Source: Balanoglossus misakiensis (Eukaryota; Animalia; Hemichordata). From it: a DNA stretch of 64,000 nt. Numbering within the stretch: position 1 is the first letter of the stretch; each line of letters starts with the position of its first letter. Under the pieces are notes generated by a model. That model was not told the origin of the DNA. It saw nothing but the letters and a program-made list of their open reading frames with translations, and ran no database searches. Below are positions 61,601 through 64,000 of the stretch, in pieces. The translations under genes and the position numbers were made by a program. Location: the NCBI GenBank assembly GCA_040954595.2, contig CM082594.2:3085319-3149318 (forward strand), given 5' to 3'.

Positions 61601-64000
61601 GAACGGACATCTGCCCAGGTTGCAAGACTATCAAGATCAAATATAAGCAATTGTATCATTTGCAACCTAAAATGTTGATTGTACTACCCCTTCAGTACCG
61701 ACGTCGACCTATGTTGGGGACACCGGACTCGACTGTTACCGAACTGGAGCACTCGCCATCTACTACTACAATTGAACTACGCTGTGATAGAAAGACATGA
61801 ATCCATTTTAGGGTTTGACCCCTACAACCAAAATGGTTTAATGTATTAACAAGCGATGGCTGACTCGGTTTGAAAAAAACTGATTGCTGGGTCTTTGCTG
61901 TGCGCGCGCGCTCCGCAGCTACTGAACACAATCTAATCATCTCCATACCAACCTCCATAGAATGCGATAGATAAAATAATAATGTTTCAATTGTTACAGC
62001 CTTGCCAACTATTCGAAATTTCCCGGGCAGGTGAACTCTGTACTTTGGGGGAAAACTTACGTTTTGTCCAAGAGAATACAATCCGACATCAGGACTCGCA
62101 ACAGGGTGTTTGAATTTCTTCAACGTGGATATGAAACTTCCGTCATCCCCCAAAGAATCGTCAAGGGTTTCGGTCCACACTAATTCGTCATCAACAAACC
62201 AACTGACATTGAACAATGAATGATATACGTCATGTCCATCACTCTTGAATAGGCACTGCATCACAGGAGTTTTGAACACTTTTTTCTCATAGTTATGTTC
62301 TTGCACGTCAGCCCTGATTTCAAGGGTGTTGATTTTTGGAAATACGTCTGAAAGAAAATAATTATCCCTCAAAGGTAAATGACTAATCAGAAGTTAGAAT
62401 ACTGTCATTTTACAGTTGCCTCCGCCAAAATATAAGTTTTCTTTTGGGAAAATACTACCTCATGAATCGTAAATATATTTTCTAGAAAAATAGAACTTTA
62501 ACTTTCAAAGAACATTATCTCTGGTCTGTAGGGGCCACGTGCCATATGGTAGTATGGCAGTATAGAATTGACATGATCTGAGCGTTGTTCGGTGACAGCA
62601 AGATCATTAAGTATTTTAGCAGTGTCAATGCTGTTAAGTTTTAGCTACAGGGGCATTAGTCTGTTCTACTAAATTGCCGATAAATTCTGCCTCGTATGAG
62701 AACAGAACGAAGTCGACATAATTGGTAAATGTGTCACTTAATTACAAAAATATATGTTGTCACAACAAGAGATCCAAGTTTAGTGACTATTCTTTCTGTG
62801 TGCAGACAATATCAAATATGTAGAATCACTGCCGACATCGATATTGTGACGGAAAACCGGTCGGTCTGCGTCAAAATCGGTTAGCGCGAAGGCAGATCCG
62901 CTCGGGGCTCTCACAAACGGCGATGTCTCTAGTTCGGCGGTCGAAACACGCCCGAAAGCTAGGATCTGTGACGAATATCTCGGTCCTTACCCAACCATTA
63001 TTATACTCAGTTATCCAACACTCGTTCCATGAAAACTTAGTGTACCAACCTGTGCAACCAGGCGTGTATCCTGTCGGCGAATCCGTACCTTCGTCACACC
63101 GTACTTCAGTTCTTTAATAAAAAAACAAATAACATTCAATGATACCTTTTTGTGACAAAAAAATAAGTTCGGTCAATACCAGATACATTATAGGCTAATT
63201 GCAACAATACTTAAAAAAGAGAAAGCATATTAGCTGAGTAGTAAATTCGTGTGTTGTAAACTACCTTATGTTCCATTTAAGGTTCTAGCTTCGGCTGTCT
63301 TGATTGTAATCTAACAACGAGTACTATATGGATTATGTGTATTTTTGGTATTTATCAGTATACACATGATGACTGACAATGAGGGCAACAGTGCATATTG
63401 ATGACCGAGGGCGCTGCTAGTCACAACTAAACAGTCTTGTTTTTCCGAGGGCATATGTCAGTCATCATGTGTTTTATAACACACCAAACACGACACACAC
63501 CACATCCAGGCAACAGTACCGGGCAGAAACCGATCGAACTGATGCCCTAGGGAACAGTTCGAAATGACTAAGGTCACGTGACGACGTATTGACGAATCAC
63601 GATCGAGGGTTCGCTGCATGGTGTGTTATAATCTGTATTGTTCGGACCAATGCGATATTACCTGCACAGTAAGCACTTGGGCAGACCAGGCCTCTTAGTC
63701 TGTAAAGGTAATATCCATCGCACTTCTTAACTTCCATGTCATACTTGTTAGAACATTCAGTGGCATTCATATTAGAGCACGCAAAAGTCTGTACAGTGTC
63801 ATTAACTTCCAGGGGGTGTTCCCCTAGCATATATACAGGATATCTCGTCCCACAGGTGTACTCAGGTAGATCGGTCTGAGTCGTCATCTGGCCCCCTGCT
63901 CCGCTGATAAATCTGTACCATTGATATCCAATAAAGTCATCGTCGCAGAGTACTTGGGTGGTCGGGTCTATGCGGTAGCCTGTACTGCGTTGGGGTTCAT
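52610..64000 (-). CDS. VWDE: VWDE-like protein (uromodulin-type cysteine-rich domain, VWD, EGF); 5' end outside window; three frame disruptions (possible pseudogene)
   Basis: Exons >64000-63662, 63111-63050, 62347-62061, 60692-60606, 59763-59422, 58782-58709, 58486-58405, 57485-57282, 56553-56321, 55498-55031, 54308-53930, 53621-53361, 52821-52707 and 52632-52610 (last one tentative). Motifs WYRF..CGT..P..YCAG, GDPHYITFDG, EGLCGYFDG, CPNNCKGNGNC, ISNDG, ACLINGKCY. Confidence 0.85.
60111..60444. mobile_element. Palindromic TTAA-flanked MITE in a VWDE intron
   Basis: TTAA|AGGGA...TCCCT|TTAA; the arms pair over nearly the whole length. Confidence 0.75.
60771..61031. mobile_element. Small MITE-like element with TAGTCT...AGACTA termini
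   Basis: Imperfect inverted arms of about 70 bp (CCCTGCCCCATTC / GAATGGGGCAGGG). Confidence 0.55.
61470..61860 (-). mobile_element. Degraded non-LTR retrotransposon (LINE) reverse transcriptase fragment
   Basis: GCRGQTLKWIHVFLSQRSSIVVVDGECSSSVTVESGVP resembles the LINE RT region before PQGS; LVRPTL remnant downstream. Confidence 0.7.

Noticed and set aside
61692-62372. 226-aa ORF as a single protein
   Set aside because: A VWDE exon (62347-62061) running on through intron into a LINE RT fragment.

Overview
Intron-containing animal genomic DNA (AT-rich and repeat-rich; invertebrate-like, species not determinable here). Positions 1-46 kb hold a tandemly amplified two-gene cluster that the ORF track fragments but that splices cleanly by hand. 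Gene B (minus strand, 6 exons) has two intact paralogs, 10764-21070 and 33174-40257. It encodes three ~95-aa ubiquitin-like modules fused to an IFI44-like P-loop GTPase. Gene A (plus strand, 5 exons) has copies at <1-1504, 22683-27920 and 41121-45439. It lies head-to-head with B and encodes alpha/beta domains (one possibly a degenerate GTPase), a hypervariable poly-Q region and a coiled-coil-like tail. Deletion scars show that the duplicated units lost reciprocal B paralogs. A complete, very young Ty3/Gypsy retrotransposon (15455-20315) sits in intron 1 of B1. At 49.4-52.3 kb a tyrosine-recombinase remnant is surrounded by four repeat pairs whose junctions match both orientations of an invertible segment. 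Positions 52.6-64 kb hold a VWDE-like gene (minus strand, 5' end outside the window) with three frame disruptions. MITEs, Helentron-like elements, a foldback element and microsatellites fill the gaps. All family assignments are by eye and were not checked by database search.
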